This document shows positions 1 to 10,270 of a stretch of 61,355 bases of DNA, one piece after another; positions within the stretch are counted from its first letter, which is position 1, and each line of letters starts with the position of its first letter. The stretch spans positions 1 to 61,355 of the forward strand of contig WFXO01000006.1 of the NCBI GenBank assembly GCA_015490555.1, in the 5' to 3' direction. The translations under genes were made by a program, and so were the position numbers. Origin of the DNA: a candidate division WOR-3 bacterium (lineage in GTDB: Bacteria > Hydrothermota > Hydrothermia > WGAB01). Below the pieces are notes generated by a model. The model was not told where the DNA came from. It worked only from the letters and a program-made list of their open reading frames with translations, and did not search any database.

Positions 1-104
1 GCATAAGCCAGTTCACGACGAAAAACAGAGCGGACATCATCCTCAAATCCCGGTGGTCCAAAGGCTTCGGTTAGATCTTTTAACAACTGTTCTGTCCGGT
101 CCAT
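1..104 (-). CDS. M42-family aminopeptidase, N-terminal fragment (runs off the window edge)
   Basis: Manual translation gives MDRTEQLLKDLTEAFGPPGFEDDVRSVFRRELAY, matching the M42 N-terminal pattern (L..L.ea.GpsG.E.eVr); AGGAGG SD at 109-114. Confidence 0.75.
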   Translation of the reverse strand, partial: MDRTEQLLKDLTEAFGPPGFEDDVRSVFRRELAY

Positions 105-199
105 GATGCCTCCTTTCTTTCCAGTGCCCGTTTTTCTCAGCAACCCGCGTTATGGGTTTAAGTTTCCGCTATTTTCCAAGAACTGTCAAGCAAAACGCA

Positions 200-261
200 T
201 TGGCTCACCAAAAATCGATATGAAATCGGGATCGTTGGCTCATTGAAAAATCGATACGAAA
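200..261. repeat. Imperfect direct repeat, two ~26-27 bp copies
   Basis: TTGGCTCACCAAAAATCGATATGAAA (200-225) and TTGGCTCATTGAAAAATCGATACGAAA (235-261). Confidence 0.7.
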
Positions 262-323
262 GGGGGTAAAAACCCTCTCCCGTCGTAGTTTCCACAGTGG
301 TGACTTTACCAGAAAAAATCATG

Positions 324-346
324 GTAGGGGCGGCTTCAGCCGCGAA
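324..346 (+). repeat. GTAG-type REP-like palindrome
   Basis: GTAG tetranucleotide followed by GCGGC-TTCA-GCCGC hairpin (GTAGGGGCGGCTTCAGCCGCGAA), just past the uvrC stop. Confidence 0.55.
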
Positions 347-352
347 CCAACC

Positions 353-2161
353 TTATTCCCCGTGGAGGGCGCGATAGATCTTTTCGGCCAATTTAGGGCC
401 GATCATCGGGACCTCTGCGATTTCTCTAGGTGAGGCGCCCATCAGCCGATGAAGAGACCCGAAGTACCGAATCAAGGCTTGTTTCCGGGCTTCGCCCACC
501 CCTGGTAAGGTATCCAGCAACGACTCCAGAGCCCCTTTGGTTCGAAGGGTCCGATGGTATTTCAATGCAAACCGGTGGGCCTCGTCCCGGATCCTTTGAA
601 GGAGTTTGAGGGCAGGAGACCGGGCCGGCAGCATCACCACGGCCCCATCTTCCAAGTGGAGTTCATCCAAGCGCTTGGCCAGCCCGACCAGCCGTACCTC
701 CTCTTCGATGCCCAGGATATCCAGGGCCTCGCGGGCGGCCCGCACCTGGCCGATGCCGCCATCGATCAAAACCAGTCCGGGCAGGTCTTCTGAGCCCTCC
801 AGTTCCCTCCGGAACCGCCGTTCCACCACTTCCCGCATCATGGCATAGTCGTCAATCCCCGAGACCCGTTTGATTCGATATCTGCGGTAACCCGACTTAT
901 ACGGTTTGCCCATCCGGAACTCGACGGAAGAGCCTACGGCGTGCTTTCCAAACAGTTGGGAGATGTCAAAGGCCAAGATCCGGACCGGCACCTCGGGCAA
1001 TTTCAAAAGATTTTGCAGTTCGTAGAGGGATTCGGGGATCAAGGGCCGTCCAAGTTTCCAGCGGAGTTCAGATTCCAAGAGTTGCTTTGCATTCTCTTGG
1101 GCTAACGCCATTAACCGATGTTCCGAGGCGTGGGGGAGACGAAACACCATTTCTCGCCCACGCGAACGGACCATCTCCTGGATTTCCTGGATCCCCTCCA
1201 GATATTCCGGCAAAATCACTGTGTCCGCCGTCAGGGGAGCGGTAGAGTAGTAGAGACGGATGAAATGTTCCAGAATCTCAACATTTGTGGCCTCCGCGTG
1301 GGGGAGGTCTAACAAGAAGTGTTCCTTATTGACCACTTTGCCCCCTCGGAGCATGAGGACCAAGACCAAGGCTGTTTTTCGCTCTTTTGCGATAGCAATG
1401 ATGTCCTGATTCTGTTGTTTTCGTAGCACCACCCGTTGATCGCCCATGAAGCCCCGGACCGCCAGCAACTGGTCACGGATGACCGCTGCTCGCTCAAACT
1501 CTAAGGACTCCGCGGCCTGTTTCATTTCCGTCTCTAATCGGGATTCCAGGGCTTCTGTTTTCCCGGAGAGAAACTCGATGACGCCTTGGACCGCAGACCG
1601 ATACGCATCCTGGATGTCTTCGCGGAAACATGGCCCCAAGCATTTCCCGATAGCGTAGTCGATACAGGGTCGAATGGTTCTCTTAGAAGGGAGTTTGTAT
1701 TTGCAGGTTCGGATCGGAAAAAGTTTCCGGATGAGCCGAAGAGCCTGGCGCATGCTGGATGCACTGGTGTATGGTCCAAAGATCAAAGAGCCATCCGGGG
1801 TGAGATTCCGCGTCGGATAAATCCTCGGGTAGGGGTCCTGAACCGTTACTTTGATGTAGGGGTACTTCTTGTCATCCTTCAGACGGATGTTGTATCGAGG
1901 CTGTTGGCGTTTGATGAGGTTTGCTTCCAGAAGCAGGGCCTCGGCCTCGGATTCCGTAATCAAGACTTCGAGATCGTGAACTTTTTTCAAGAATGTGAGG
2001 AGTCGAGGATGGGCCGTGGGCTGGAGATAAGTCCGAAGTCGAGCCCGGAGATTCTTGGCCTTCCCGATGTAGAGGGTGCTTCCTCGGGCGTCTTTGAAGA
2101 TATACACCCCGGATCGTTCGGGAGCATGGAGGATTTTCTCCTGGACGGCTTCAGGAAGCAT
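353..2161 (-). CDS. uvrC: Excinuclease ABC subunit C
   Basis: GIY-YIG (GVYIFKD..LYIGKAKNLR), UVR motif (LEFERAA), RNase H-like domain (FDIS, IDGG.GQ, RDEAHRFA), C-terminal HhH (GVGE, IGPK); start taken at MLPEAV, overlapping the deoC stop. Confidence 0.97.
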   Translation of the reverse strand: MLPEAVQEKILHAPERSGVYIFKDARGSTLYIGKAKNLRARLRTYLQPTAHPRLLTFLKKVHDLEVLITESEAEALLLEANLIKRQQPRYNIRLKDDKKYPYIKVTVQDPYPRIYPTRNLTPDGSLIFGPYTSASSMRQALRLIRKLFPIRTCKYKLPSKRTIRPCIDYAIGKCLGPCFREDIQDAYRSAVQGVIEFLSGKTEALESRLETEMKQAAESLEFERAAVIRDQLLAVRGFMGDQRVVLRKQQNQDIIAIAKERKTALVLVLMLRGGKVVNKEHFLLDLPHAEATNVEILEHFIRLYYSTAPLTADTVILPEYLEGIQEIQEMVRSRGREMVFRLPHASEHRLMALAQENAKQLLESELRWKLGRPLIPESLYELQNLLKLPEVPVRILAFDISQLFGKHAVGSSVEFRMGKPYKSGYRRYRIKRVSGIDDYAMMREVVERRFRRELEGSEDLPGLVLIDGGIGQVRAAREALDILGIEEEVRLVGLAKRLDELHLEDGAVVMLPARSPALKLLQRIRDEAHRFALKYHRTLRTKGALESLLDTLPGVGEARKQALIRYFGSLHRLMGASPREIAEVPMIGPKLAEKIYRALHGE

Positions 2162-2879
2162 GGCCCCCGGTGACCAAAGCCGGGCCTCTGGATGTCCCGA
2201 TGCGGGACGCCCCGGCCGCAATCATCTGGAGGGCTTGCTCCGGGGTCCGGATCCCGCCCGCCGCTTTGACCTGGATCCGGCCCCCCGCTGCGGCCGATAG
2301 AATCGCGACATCACGAACTGTGGCACCTCCAGGCCCAAATCCTGTAGAAGTTTTCACAAAGTGGGCCCCGCTGTCCACCACAATTTTCGTGGCCCAGACT
2401 TTTTCTTCATCGGTCAGCAACGCCGTTTCGATGATGACTTTGGTAATCGCCGCACCTTCGGTTGCCTTGACCACGGCCTCGATATCTTTTCGGACATACC
2501 GATAGTCCCGTTCTTTGAACCGCCCGATGTGCATCACCATATCCAACTCCGTGGCTCCGTCCCGCACTGCGAGATCGGCCTCCATCATTTTGGCGCCTGT
2601 AGAGGTTGCCCCTAAGGGGAACCCAATCACCGTACACACCGTCACCGAAGAATTCTGGAGTAGGGTAGAGGCGAGACGGACAAAGGAAGGGTGTACGCAG
2701 ACCGCATGAAACTGATATTCCAAGGCTTCCTGACAGAGGCGTTCGATATCTTGAGAAGTTGCGTCGGGTTTTAAAAGGGTGTGATCGATCCTTTTTGCCA
2801 AGTCCTTCTCCTGAAGGGATGGCAGACTCATGGAGGCCAACTTTGCCTCCGCTTCTTTGATGATATGTGCTGCGTCCAT
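2151..2879 (-). CDS. deoC: Deoxyribose-phosphate aldolase
   Basis: IDHTLLKP, VIGFPLG, FVKTSTGF, VKAAGGIR, RIGTS motifs; GGAGGTG SD before ATG 2879. Confidence 0.97.
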   Translation of the reverse strand: MDAAHIIKEAEAKLASMSLPSLQEKDLAKRIDHTLLKPDATSQDIERLCQEALEYQFHAVCVHPSFVRLASTLLQNSSVTVCTVIGFPLGATSTGAKMMEADLAVRDGATELDMVMHIGRFKERDYRYVRKDIEAVVKATEGAAITKVIIETALLTDEEKVWATKIVVDSGAHFVKTSTGFGPGGATVRDVAILSAAAGGRIQVKAAGGIRTPEQALQMIAAGASRIGTSRGPALVTGGHAS

Positions 2880-3011
2880 AAATGCCACCTCCCCGTTGCA
2901 GGGGTCCACATTTGAATAGCCCTACATGCTAACGGAAGGGACATAGAAAATCCAGTACTCGGTAGCCTCCTGTCTGTGGAAACAGGGCCTCCCCCTGCGT
3001 TGTGGGGTGTG

Positions 3012-3395
3012 TCAGGAAGATTTTTCCTTCTGTGAGACGTAATTGATCCGGAGATTGGTCAGTTGGAATTCGAATTCCTGGACGTTTTGTCCTGCGGCCT
3101 TTAAAAGAGTCAAAATCTGGTCCAAGGCATCAATGGCGAGTTCTGCCTGTTTGAGATCCTTGTGGATTTGGCCCGTTTCCGGATGGGAGACCAATCCGAG
3201 GTAAGCCCAGGCCTTCGTGACCAGGGTGCTGGAAGTCAACATCAGGAAGTCGGAGACCTGCAGGGGGCGGTTGGGCTTTGAGGGGGCCTCTGTCTGCGAG
3301 GCCCCCTCAGGGGTTGTTGCGGTAGGAGGTGCAGGTGAGTGCGAAGGTTCTTGGGTTTCCTTTTTGGCCTGAGACTGCTCTCTTTCTCTTACCAT
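3012..3395 (-). CDS. DUF1844-family protein
   Basis: [14 protein letters not shown]...[12 protein letters not shown]...LTNLRINYV pattern; overlaps the rpoD stop. Confidence 0.8.
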   Translation of the reverse strand: MVREREQSQAKKETQEPSHSPAPPTATTPEGASQTEAPSKPNRPLQVSDFLMLTSSTLVTKAWAYLGLVSHPETGQIHKDLKQAELAIDALDQILTLLKAAGQNVQEFEFQLTNLRINYVSQKEKSS

Positions 3396-5113
3396 GGCTT
3401 CTCAGGTGTTTCTAAGAACATCCTGAGTTTTGCAGACCGCATCGGATGCTGCAGTTTCTTCAAGGCCTTGGCCTCGATCTGGCGGATCCGTTCGCGGGTG
3501 ACGTTGAAGATCTTGCCGACCTCTTCCAAGGTCTTGGGCGGCTGATTGTTGAGGCCAAAGCGGTACTCCAGGACCTTCCGTTCGCGCTTGGTCAATGTAC
3601 TCAGCGCCTCCATGAGTTTTTCACGGATCAGGGTATCCCGTGCCACCTCGAACGGCGTCTTCTGGGTCTGGTCCACCACGAACTCGCCCATCACGCTATC
3701 TTTCTCTTTCCCGACCGGTTTCTCCAGAGAGATCGGTTCACGCGCCGCATGCAAGGCTTGTTTCACCTTCTCCACGGGCATATCCAGGTATTCGGCGACC
3801 TCTTCTAAGGTCGGCTCTCGGCCCATTTCCTGCATCAGGGCACGGGTTGCACGGGAAACCTTCGTAATGGTCTCGATCATATGAATGGGCACCCGGATGG
3901 TCCGAGACTGGTCCGCAATCGCACGAGTAATCGACTGGCGGATCCACCAGGTCGCATAGGTAGAGAACTTGTAGCCTTTCCGATAATCGAACTTTTCGAC
4001 GGCCTTAATGAGCCCCGCATTCCCCTCCTGGATGAGGTCCATGAACTCCAGTCCGCGGTTCATAAAGCGTTTGGCGATCCCGATCACCAGGCGGACATTC
4101 CCTTCCACCATCTTTGTTTTGGCCCACTCGAGTCGTTTCTCCTGTTCTTCGATCTTTTCGATTTGTCGTTTGGCAGCCTGGATATCCATCCCCAACTGGT
4201 CGCGGATCTTGTCTAAGGTGTTTCGGATGTCTTTCATCCGGATGGAGATCTCGTAGAGCCGGGTCTCGTCCTCGAAGGAAGGCTCGCCGCCCTTCTCCTG
4301 GACACGTTCCATAATGGCGTTTGCTTCCTCCTGGAGTTCCTGGTATTCCTTTTCGAGTTCCTCGTATTGCTTCACCGTTTCCTTAAAGCCCTTCACGATA
4401 TCCCGGACCATCTTGAACTGTGGCTTCAGCCGGTCCAGTTTCCGGATGATGGTCTTGAGGGTATCCCGGAGTTTCTTCCGCTCTTCAGATGTCAGACGTG
4501 CATCCCGATCCCAGAGGGGCATCACTTTTTCAATGCGTTCCTTCAGAAAATCAAAGGCTTTGAAGACCCGTCGTTTTTCCTCAATGTTTTTCTGGCGGGA
4601 GGTCCAGTACCGGGAATCCACCTGCACCAGTTCTTCGATCTGCACGATGTTTTTCCGGGAGAGTTCCATCTGATGGAGGAGTTTGGTCAGGCCGTATTTG
4701 GTCCTGAAGATGAGGTGCATAATCTGGGTCCGCGCATCGTCCAGAGTTGAGGCATAGAGCACTTCCTGTTCTTTGGTCAGAAGGCCCAAGTTTGAAATCT
4801 GGCGGAGATAGGTCTTTGCGGGATCATCGCCAGTCTGCTGGAATTCCGCTTCTTCGTCCAGCCCGGTGCTCCGCTTCTTTTTCTTCTTTTTCTTTTTCTT
4901 CTGAGGGATTTCCTCCTGGTCGTACACATCCACCCCCTCATCCACGAGGGCCATGATCAACTCATCGACGAGTTCCCCCTCAGAGTAAATCGGGGGCAAT
5001 AACTTGTTAATCTCCTGGTAGGAGATCCGGCCCTTTTTCTTTGCGAGTTCAATGATCTCCTGAAAGACCTCTCGCTTGGTTCGGACCAGAGGCTGTTTGG
5101 TTTTGGTTTCCAT
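3389..5113 (-). CDS. rpoD: RNA polymerase primary sigma factor (sigma70) with region 1.1 and a non-conserved region
   Basis: Region 1.1 ([12 protein letters not shown]), 1.2 (DDPAKTYL), 2 ([22 protein letters not shown]), 3 (RTIRVPIHM), 4 (TLEEVG...TRERIRQIE); start 5113 or 5119 after GGAGG. Confidence 0.97.
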   Translation of the reverse strand: METKTKQPLVRTKREVFQEIIELAKKKGRISYQEINKLLPPIYSEGELVDELIMALVDEGVDVYDQEEIPQKKKKKKKKKRSTGLDEEAEFQQTGDDPAKTYLRQISNLGLLTKEQEVLYASTLDDARTQIMHLIFRTKYGLTKLLHQMELSRKNIVQIEELVQVDSRYWTSRQKNIEEKRRVFKAFDFLKERIEKVMPLWDRDARLTSEERKKLRDTLKTIIRKLDRLKPQFKMVRDIVKGFKETVKQYEELEKEYQELQEEANAIMERVQEKGGEPSFEDETRLYEISIRMKDIRNTLDKIRDQLGMDIQAAKRQIEKIEEQEKRLEWAKTKMVEGNVRLVIGIAKRFMNRGLEFMDLIQEGNAGLIKAVEKFDYRKGYKFSTYATWWIRQSITRAIADQSRTIRVPIHMIETITKVSRATRALMQEMGREPTLEEVAEYLDMPVEKVKQALHAAREPISLEKPVGKEKDSVMGEFVVDQTQKTPFEVARDTLIREKLMEALSTLTKRERKVLEYRFGLNNQPPKTLEEVGKIFNVTRERIRQIEAKALKKLQHPMRSAKLRMFLETPEKPW

Positions 5114-5127
5114 GAGCATCAACCTCC

Positions 5128-6810
5128 CTATAAATTCGTAGGGTTTTCTTTTTTCAAACCCAACACCTGACTTTTCAATTCTTCAATTTCCTTCAAAAAG
5201 GTGTCTTCTTCAGACTCCGCCGGCCCGGTTTTGACCCGGGTGTGGAGCCGTTTTTTCCGAATTTTCTCTTTGACCCATCGGATCAATTGGTCCGCAGGCA
5301 CCTGTTCTGCCTGAATTTGCCAGCGGACGACCAATTGGCGGAACCCATCGGAGGACTCCGCCAAGATCTGTTCTTTCGGCACCCCATTCCGGAGGAGTTT
5401 CACAACCCTGGCCGCCTCCGGATTTTGGAACACCTCTGGGTTCAACTGCCGGATTTCCTCCGTGGTCTCCGATAATGTCAGGGCCAGTGCCACCAGTTTG
5501 AGTTCCCAATGGAGCGAGGGGGGAGAAGTCGGTGCCTTCGCTCCACTTTGCACCGAACCCTGCTGGGCCTGTTCCATCGCCGCCTCGATCCGGGATCGAT
5601 CGTACCCATACTTTTCTTGAACTTCCGACAGATACGCTTCTTGAAGTGTCGGATCTTGTGCGTGGGCCAGGGCTTCTGCCAACTCGCGGAGTTGCTGGTT
5701 CCGTGCGCGCACATCCGGTGCCTCTTCCTGGAGGTAGAAGTCAATCACGCCAATCGGTTGTTCCAGATATCGTTTCAGGGCTTCAGGGTCTGAGACCGCC
5801 AAATCCGCTGGGTCCGTTCCCTCTGGCAGGAGGACCACTTCCGGGAACCCTCCTGCTTTTAGAACCAGGGGAATGGTGCGTTTTGCGGCTTTCTTTCCCG
5901 CCTCATCGCCATCGAATACGAGGACGATTCGGTTTGTATTTCGTGTGAGCGCTACCGCCTGTGTCTCCGTAAAGGCGGTGCCTAACGGAGCCACGGTGTT
6001 TCGGATGCCCACTTGATGCATCAGAATCACGTCCATATAGCCTTCCACGACAAACACTCGGTCTTCTTTCCGTATCTGGTCGCGTGCCTGCGAGTACCCG
6101 TACAGGAGTCGACCCTTTTTAAAAACCAGCGTTTCCGGAGAGTTCAGATATTTCGGTTGCTGGTCTTCCTGGAGTGCCCGTCCGCCAAATCCCACGCACC
6201 GGTCCAGTGTGTCGAAGATTGGAAAGAGCAATCGGTTCCGAAACAGGTCATATTGCCGTCCGTCTGACGTTGTCATTAAAAGCCCCGCCTGCTGAAGAAG
6301 ATCGCGGCCAAACCCCTGTTTGTCTGCCTCTTTCAACAAATCCAGTCCGGAAGGCGGAGCGTATCCCAGTTGGAACGTTTCAATCGTCGCATTCTGGATC
6401 CCGCGTTGTCGCAAGTACTCTAATACCGGTTTCGCCTGTGGCTGTCGCAGTTGTTTGTGATAATAGATACGTGCAAAATCCAAAATCCGCAAGAGGGGAG
6501 TTCTCTGATCTTCTCCCCGTCCGTATTCGATGGTGATCCCCAGGCGTTGGGCCAGGGATTCCACTGCCTCCCGGAAGTTGAGCCCTTCCGTTTGCATGAC
6601 AAAAGTAAACAAGTTCCCGGAGGCTCCGCAACCAAAACAGTGGTAGACCCCTTTATCTGGGTCAACGAAGAAGGAAGGGGTCTTTTCGACGTGAAACGGA
6701 CACAGGCCCTTGTAGGATTTTCCGGATCGTTTGAGTTGTACACGTTCACTGACCAAGTCCAGGATGGAGATCCGGAGCCGAATTTCATCAATGGCTTCAT
6801 TGAATTTCAT
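5128..6810 (-). CDS. dnaG: DNA primase
   Basis: CHC2 zinc finger (CPFH..KTPSF, CFGC), [14 protein letters not shown] (VEGYMD, FDGD.AG, DP). Confidence 0.97.
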   Translation of the reverse strand: MKFNEAIDEIRLRISILDLVSERVQLKRSGKSYKGLCPFHVEKTPSFFVDPDKGVYHCFGCGASGNLFTFVMQTEGLNFREAVESLAQRLGITIEYGRGEDQRTPLLRILDFARIYYHKQLRQPQAKPVLEYLRQRGIQNATIETFQLGYAPPSGLDLLKEADKQGFGRDLLQQAGLLMTTSDGRQYDLFRNRLLFPIFDTLDRCVGFGGRALQEDQQPKYLNSPETLVFKKGRLLYGYSQARDQIRKEDRVFVVEGYMDVILMHQVGIRNTVAPLGTAFTETQAVALTRNTNRIVLVFDGDEAGKKAAKRTIPLVLKAGGFPEVVLLPEGTDPADLAVSDPEALKRYLEQPIGVIDFYLQEEAPDVRARNQQLRELAEALAHAQDPTLQEAYLSEVQEKYGYDRSRIEAAMEQAQQGSVQSGAKAPTSPPSLHWELKLVALALTLSETTEEIRQLNPEVFQNPEAARVVKLLRNGVPKEQILAESSDGFRQLVVRWQIQAEQVPADQLIRWVKEKIRKKRLHTRVKTGPAESEEDTFLKEIEELKSQVLGLKKENPTNL

Positions 6811-6831
6811 GTGTTTCTCACCACCCAGGGG

Positions 6832-8793
6832 TTAGAGTTCATAGAGGGCATCCCGGGGGACTTCGATTTCGTGTTTTCCGATCCGAATAAAATAGCGTCC
6901 GTCCCGAGTGCCCACAAATTCTCCGACCCACCCAAAGGGTTTAATCCGGTATGATTTTCCTACGATGGGGTGCTCGGCTTTCCTTGTAAAGACATCCATT
7001 TCGTGGGTTTTCTGGACAACTTTTTTACGGACCCCGGAAACCACTTTGAGGCCTTCCTTTTGTCGGGCGGCCTTTTTCAACACTTTGCGGAGTTCATCAG
7101 CCTCTCGCTGGACTTCTTGAAGGATCTTCCTGGCCTGGAGTTTGGCGACCTCCAGTTTGCGTTCCGCCATGCGCTCGATGTGTTCTTGCCGTGCGCGGAG
7201 TTCTTGTTCTAAGGAGAGCAACGCCCTTTCTTTTTCCTCCAATTCCCGTTTCAGCCTTCGAAGTCCAGCCTCAAACTGCATCAAAGCCGTACGTGCCTCC
7301 GAGACGACGTCTTCGGGAATCCCGACCCGGATCGCGGTTTCCAGGGCCCGACTTTCTCCCGGTGACCCGACCTCCAGATGGTACGTGGGTTGACCTGTGA
7401 CCGGGTTATAGCCCATGGCGGCATTCATCATCCCTTCCGCCTGTTCCACCAAGTCTTTAAGAGGGCCTAAGTGGGTATTGGCAATCACGAAGACTCCGCG
7501 TTTCTGGAATGCCTTGAGGATTGCGAAGGCCAGTGCAGCTCCCTCGGAGGGATCGGTGGAGGCCAAGAGTTCGTCAAAGAGCACAAGATCTCCAGGTTGT
7601 GCCTGTTCTAAGGCCTCTTTCGTCTCACGGATGACGCTGGTGAAACTGGATTCACCCTTCAAAAGGTCCTGTTCGTCTGTGAAACCGATGGCGAAAAGGT
7701 GTTGGGGGAGGTAAAGGATCGCCCGTTCCGCAGGGATCGGGATCCCGGCTTTGGTCATCAATAACAGAAGCCCAACAGTTTTTAAGGCAACGGTCTTTCC
7801 CCCCGCATTGGGACCAGAGATTAAAAGGATTCCGGTCCGAAATTCTAAATCCAGAGGGACGGTCCTTTCGAAGCCTTTTTCGACAATCAAGAGAGGGTGC
7901 CGTGCACCCTTCAGAATCAACTGCGGTTGGTCCGCAATTTCAGGGACAATGGCATCATTTTGGAGACCAAACCACGCTTTCGCGTAGAGGACCTCGAGGT
8001 TTCCAAGATCCTCATAGAGTCGTTCTAAGAAGAGGGCGTTGCGGTAAACCTGATCAGACAGTTCCCGGAGGATCCGCTCGATCTCCCGTCGTTCCTCCTC
8101 TTCCCGTCGTTTCAACCGGTTTTGGGCCTCAATGATTTCCAGAGGCTCTATGTAGATGGTCTCCTCGGTGGAGGAATAGCCATGAACCACCCCTTCGATT
8201 TTGACGTGGGATTTTAGGGGGAGGACATACCGTCCGTTTTTGAGGGTCACGAAATTTTCCCGCAGGAGACCTTGTTCGGCATACCGGCGCTTCAGGGTCT
8301 CCATCTTTTGGAGGACTTCTTTCTCGGCTTCTCGTTTGGCCTTACGGATCCGGGCAAGGTCGGGTGAGGCTGTGTCCAGGATTTCCCCTTCATCATTGAG
8401 CGTTCGAGAGATGGCGCTTCGGAGACCGTCCAGGACCTGGGGGTCCATCATCAAGGATTGGAGGTTCGTTCCATAGAGGGCGTCGAAGATCCAATGGGCG
8501 GCGTGGATCAAGTCCCGGATTTTCAAGAGGTCAGGTGGGGTGAGGAGACTTCGGGCCTTTGCCTTGTCCAAAGGGACCGAAGGGGGGACCCTGGAAAAGT
8601 CTAATCGGAGGCCCTGCCGAACATGGTCCATCATACGACGAACCTGCTCCAGCAGTTCTTGGACCCTCTCCTGGGAAGGTTCCGGGGAGAGTCGGTCCAG
8701 GGCCTGCTGGCCAGGTTCCGAGAGGATATTCCCTCGGAGCAGGGCTTTGATCCGATCAAACTCTAAACGGTCCAGGGTCCGGGTTTCGAGCAT
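6832..8793 (-). CDS. mutS2: MutS2-family ATPase lacking the C-terminal Smr domain
   Basis: LEFD.I N-terminus, GVVHGYSST.ETIYIEP, RHPLL, Walker A (GPNAGGKTVALK), Walker B (FDE...TDP.EG), coiled coil, KOW-like end, then stop at 653 aa. Confidence 0.9.
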   Translation of the reverse strand: MLETRTLDRLEFDRIKALLRGNILSEPGQQALDRLSPEPSQERVQELLEQVRRMMDHVRQGLRLDFSRVPPSVPLDKAKARSLLTPPDLLKIRDLIHAAHWIFDALYGTNLQSLMMDPQVLDGLRSAISRTLNDEGEILDTASPDLARIRKAKREAEKEVLQKMETLKRRYAEQGLLRENFVTLKNGRYVLPLKSHVKIEGVVHGYSSTEETIYIEPLEIIEAQNRLKRREEEERREIERILRELSDQVYRNALFLERLYEDLGNLEVLYAKAWFGLQNDAIVPEIADQPQLILKGARHPLLIVEKGFERTVPLDLEFRTGILLISGPNAGGKTVALKTVGLLLLMTKAGIPIPAERAILYLPQHLFAIGFTDEQDLLKGESSFTSVIRETKEALEQAQPGDLVLFDELLASTDPSEGAALAFAILKAFQKRGVFVIANTHLGPLKDLVEQAEGMMNAAMGYNPVTGQPTYHLEVGSPGESRALETAIRVGIPEDVVSEARTALMQFEAGLRRLKRELEEKERALLSLEQELRARQEHIERMAERKLEVAKLQARKILQEVQREADELRKVLKKAARQKEGLKVVSGVRKKVVQKTHEMDVFTRKAEHPIVGKSYRIKPFGWVGEFVGTRDGRYFIRIGKHEIEVPRDALYEL

Positions 8794-8799
8794 GATGCA

Positions 8800-8997
8800 T
8801 CAATCTTGGAGTTTCCGCATTCTACGGAGCATCCTCCGGCGGGCCGCCATTAGTTCTTTGCGGCGCCGCTCTGACGGCTTCTCATAGAACTGGATGCGCT
8901 TGACATCCTGGAGGATGCCGTCCTTCGTCACCACCTTCCGGAACCTCCGGAGGAGGCTATCGAAGGACTCGCCGTCCCGCAAACGGACACCTGACAT
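8800..8997 (-). CDS. rpsU: 30S ribosomal protein S21
   Basis: GESFDSLLRRFRK, FYEKPSERRR; GGAGGTG SD before ATG 8997. Confidence 0.95.
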   Translation of the reverse strand: MSGVRLRDGESFDSLLRRFRKVVTKDGILQDVKRIQFYEKPSERRRKELMAARRRMLRRMRKLQD

Positions 8998-9033
8998 AGG
9001 CTTCACCTCCTTCGGGTCGTTTTCTGCGCCTCC

Positions 9034-10224
9034 TCACCCCGAACCAAAGACCTCTTTGAACCGATTTTTGACCGAGGCATCATTGGACGATGCCCGGCCG
9101 TCTTCGTATTTCCTCAATTCCTCCAAAAGTTTCCGGTATTCTCCACTGACCTTTTTCGGCACATGAATGATCACTCGTACATACAAATCCCCCTGTCCCC
9201 CTTCCAATCTGGGCATCCCCTTTCCTTTCAACCGATACACGGTATGGCTCTGGGTACCCGGGGCCACACGAAATGTCAATTTTCTTCCAAAAAGATCTCG
9301 GACCTCCACCTTCCCTCCCAAGACAGCAACACTATAGGGGATTTCCAGGTCCATCTCAAGGTCGTCCCCTTTGCGACGGAACACTGGATGGGGCTTCTCT
9401 TGAATCATCACAAAGAGATCTCCGTGTGGCCCGCCCCACGGGCCAGCGTGTCCCTGCCCCCGAAGCGTAAAATATTGGCCTTCCTTGATGCCCCGGGGGA
9501 TCTCGATTTCGATCATGGTGGTCTTCTTCACCCGCCCGGTGCCATGGCAGACCGGACAGGGATCGAAGATCGTCCACCCCCGACCTTCACAGTCCGGACA
9601 GGTCACCGTGCGGACCATGTCAAACATAAACATGCGGGATCGGGTTTGGATCATTCCGGTCCCACCACAGGTTGTACAGGTCGACCGTTGGCCACTCTTC
9701 GAGCCCGTCCCTCCGCACTCCGTACACCGTTCATAGCGGGTGAGCCGGACCTTTTTCCGAGCCCCCTTTGCGATTTCTTCCAATGTTAAGGGGATGGTGA
9801 TCCGGATGTCCTCTCCCCGAACCTGGGTCTCACGCCGTACCGTACGACGTCGAGCCCCTGTCGTCCGGATGCCGAAGGTCTCAAAGAGATCCTCAAACAG
9901 GGATTCAAACCCGGTCCCCCGAAAGATATCCCGGAGATCGTCAAAGTGTGTGAAGTCTTGCCACGTGAAGCCACCCTCCCGGAAGTGAGGCTGTACGCCC
10001 TCATGGCCGTACATGTCATAGAGCCGGCGTTTTTCGGGATCCATCAAGACCTCGTAGGCCTCGGAGATCTCCTTGAATTTCTCCTCGGCCCACTTCTTCT
10101 TCTCCGGGGGATGTCGGTCGGGATGGTATTGGAGGGCTAACTTGCGGTAGGCCTTTTTAATCTCCTCGGGGGTCGCGTTCCGCGACACCCCGAGGATCTC
10201 ATAGTAGTCTTTTTTCGTGGCCAT
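9034..10224 (-). CDS. dnaJ: Chaperone DnaJ
   Basis: J domain ([11 protein letters not shown]), G/F region, four CxxCxGxG repeats, C-terminal domain. Confidence 0.97.
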   Translation of the reverse strand: MATKKDYYEILGVSRNATPEEIKKAYRKLALQYHPDRHPPEKKKWAEEKFKEISEAYEVLMDPEKRRLYDMYGHEGVQPHFREGGFTWQDFTHFDDLRDIFRGTGFESLFEDLFETFGIRTTGARRRTVRRETQVRGEDIRITIPLTLEEIAKGARKKVRLTRYERCTECGGTGSKSGQRSTCTTCGGTGMIQTRSRMFMFDMVRTVTCPDCEGRGWTIFDPCPVCHGTGRVKKTTMIEIEIPRGIKEGQYFTLRGQGHAGPWGGPHGDLFVMIQEKPHPVFRRKGDDLEMDLEIPYSVAVLGGKVEVRDLFGRKLTFRVAPGTQSHTVYRLKGKGMPRLEGGQGDLYVRVIIHVPKKVSGEYRKLLEELRKYEDGRASSNDASVKNRFKEVFGSG

Positions 10225-10270
10225 CAATGCCTCTGAAACAGAACGTTAGGAGTCCAATGGAGAGAGGGAA

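Noticed and set aside
200-261. Possible CRISPR remnant
   Set aside because: Only two copies, a 9-bp spacer and no cas genes.
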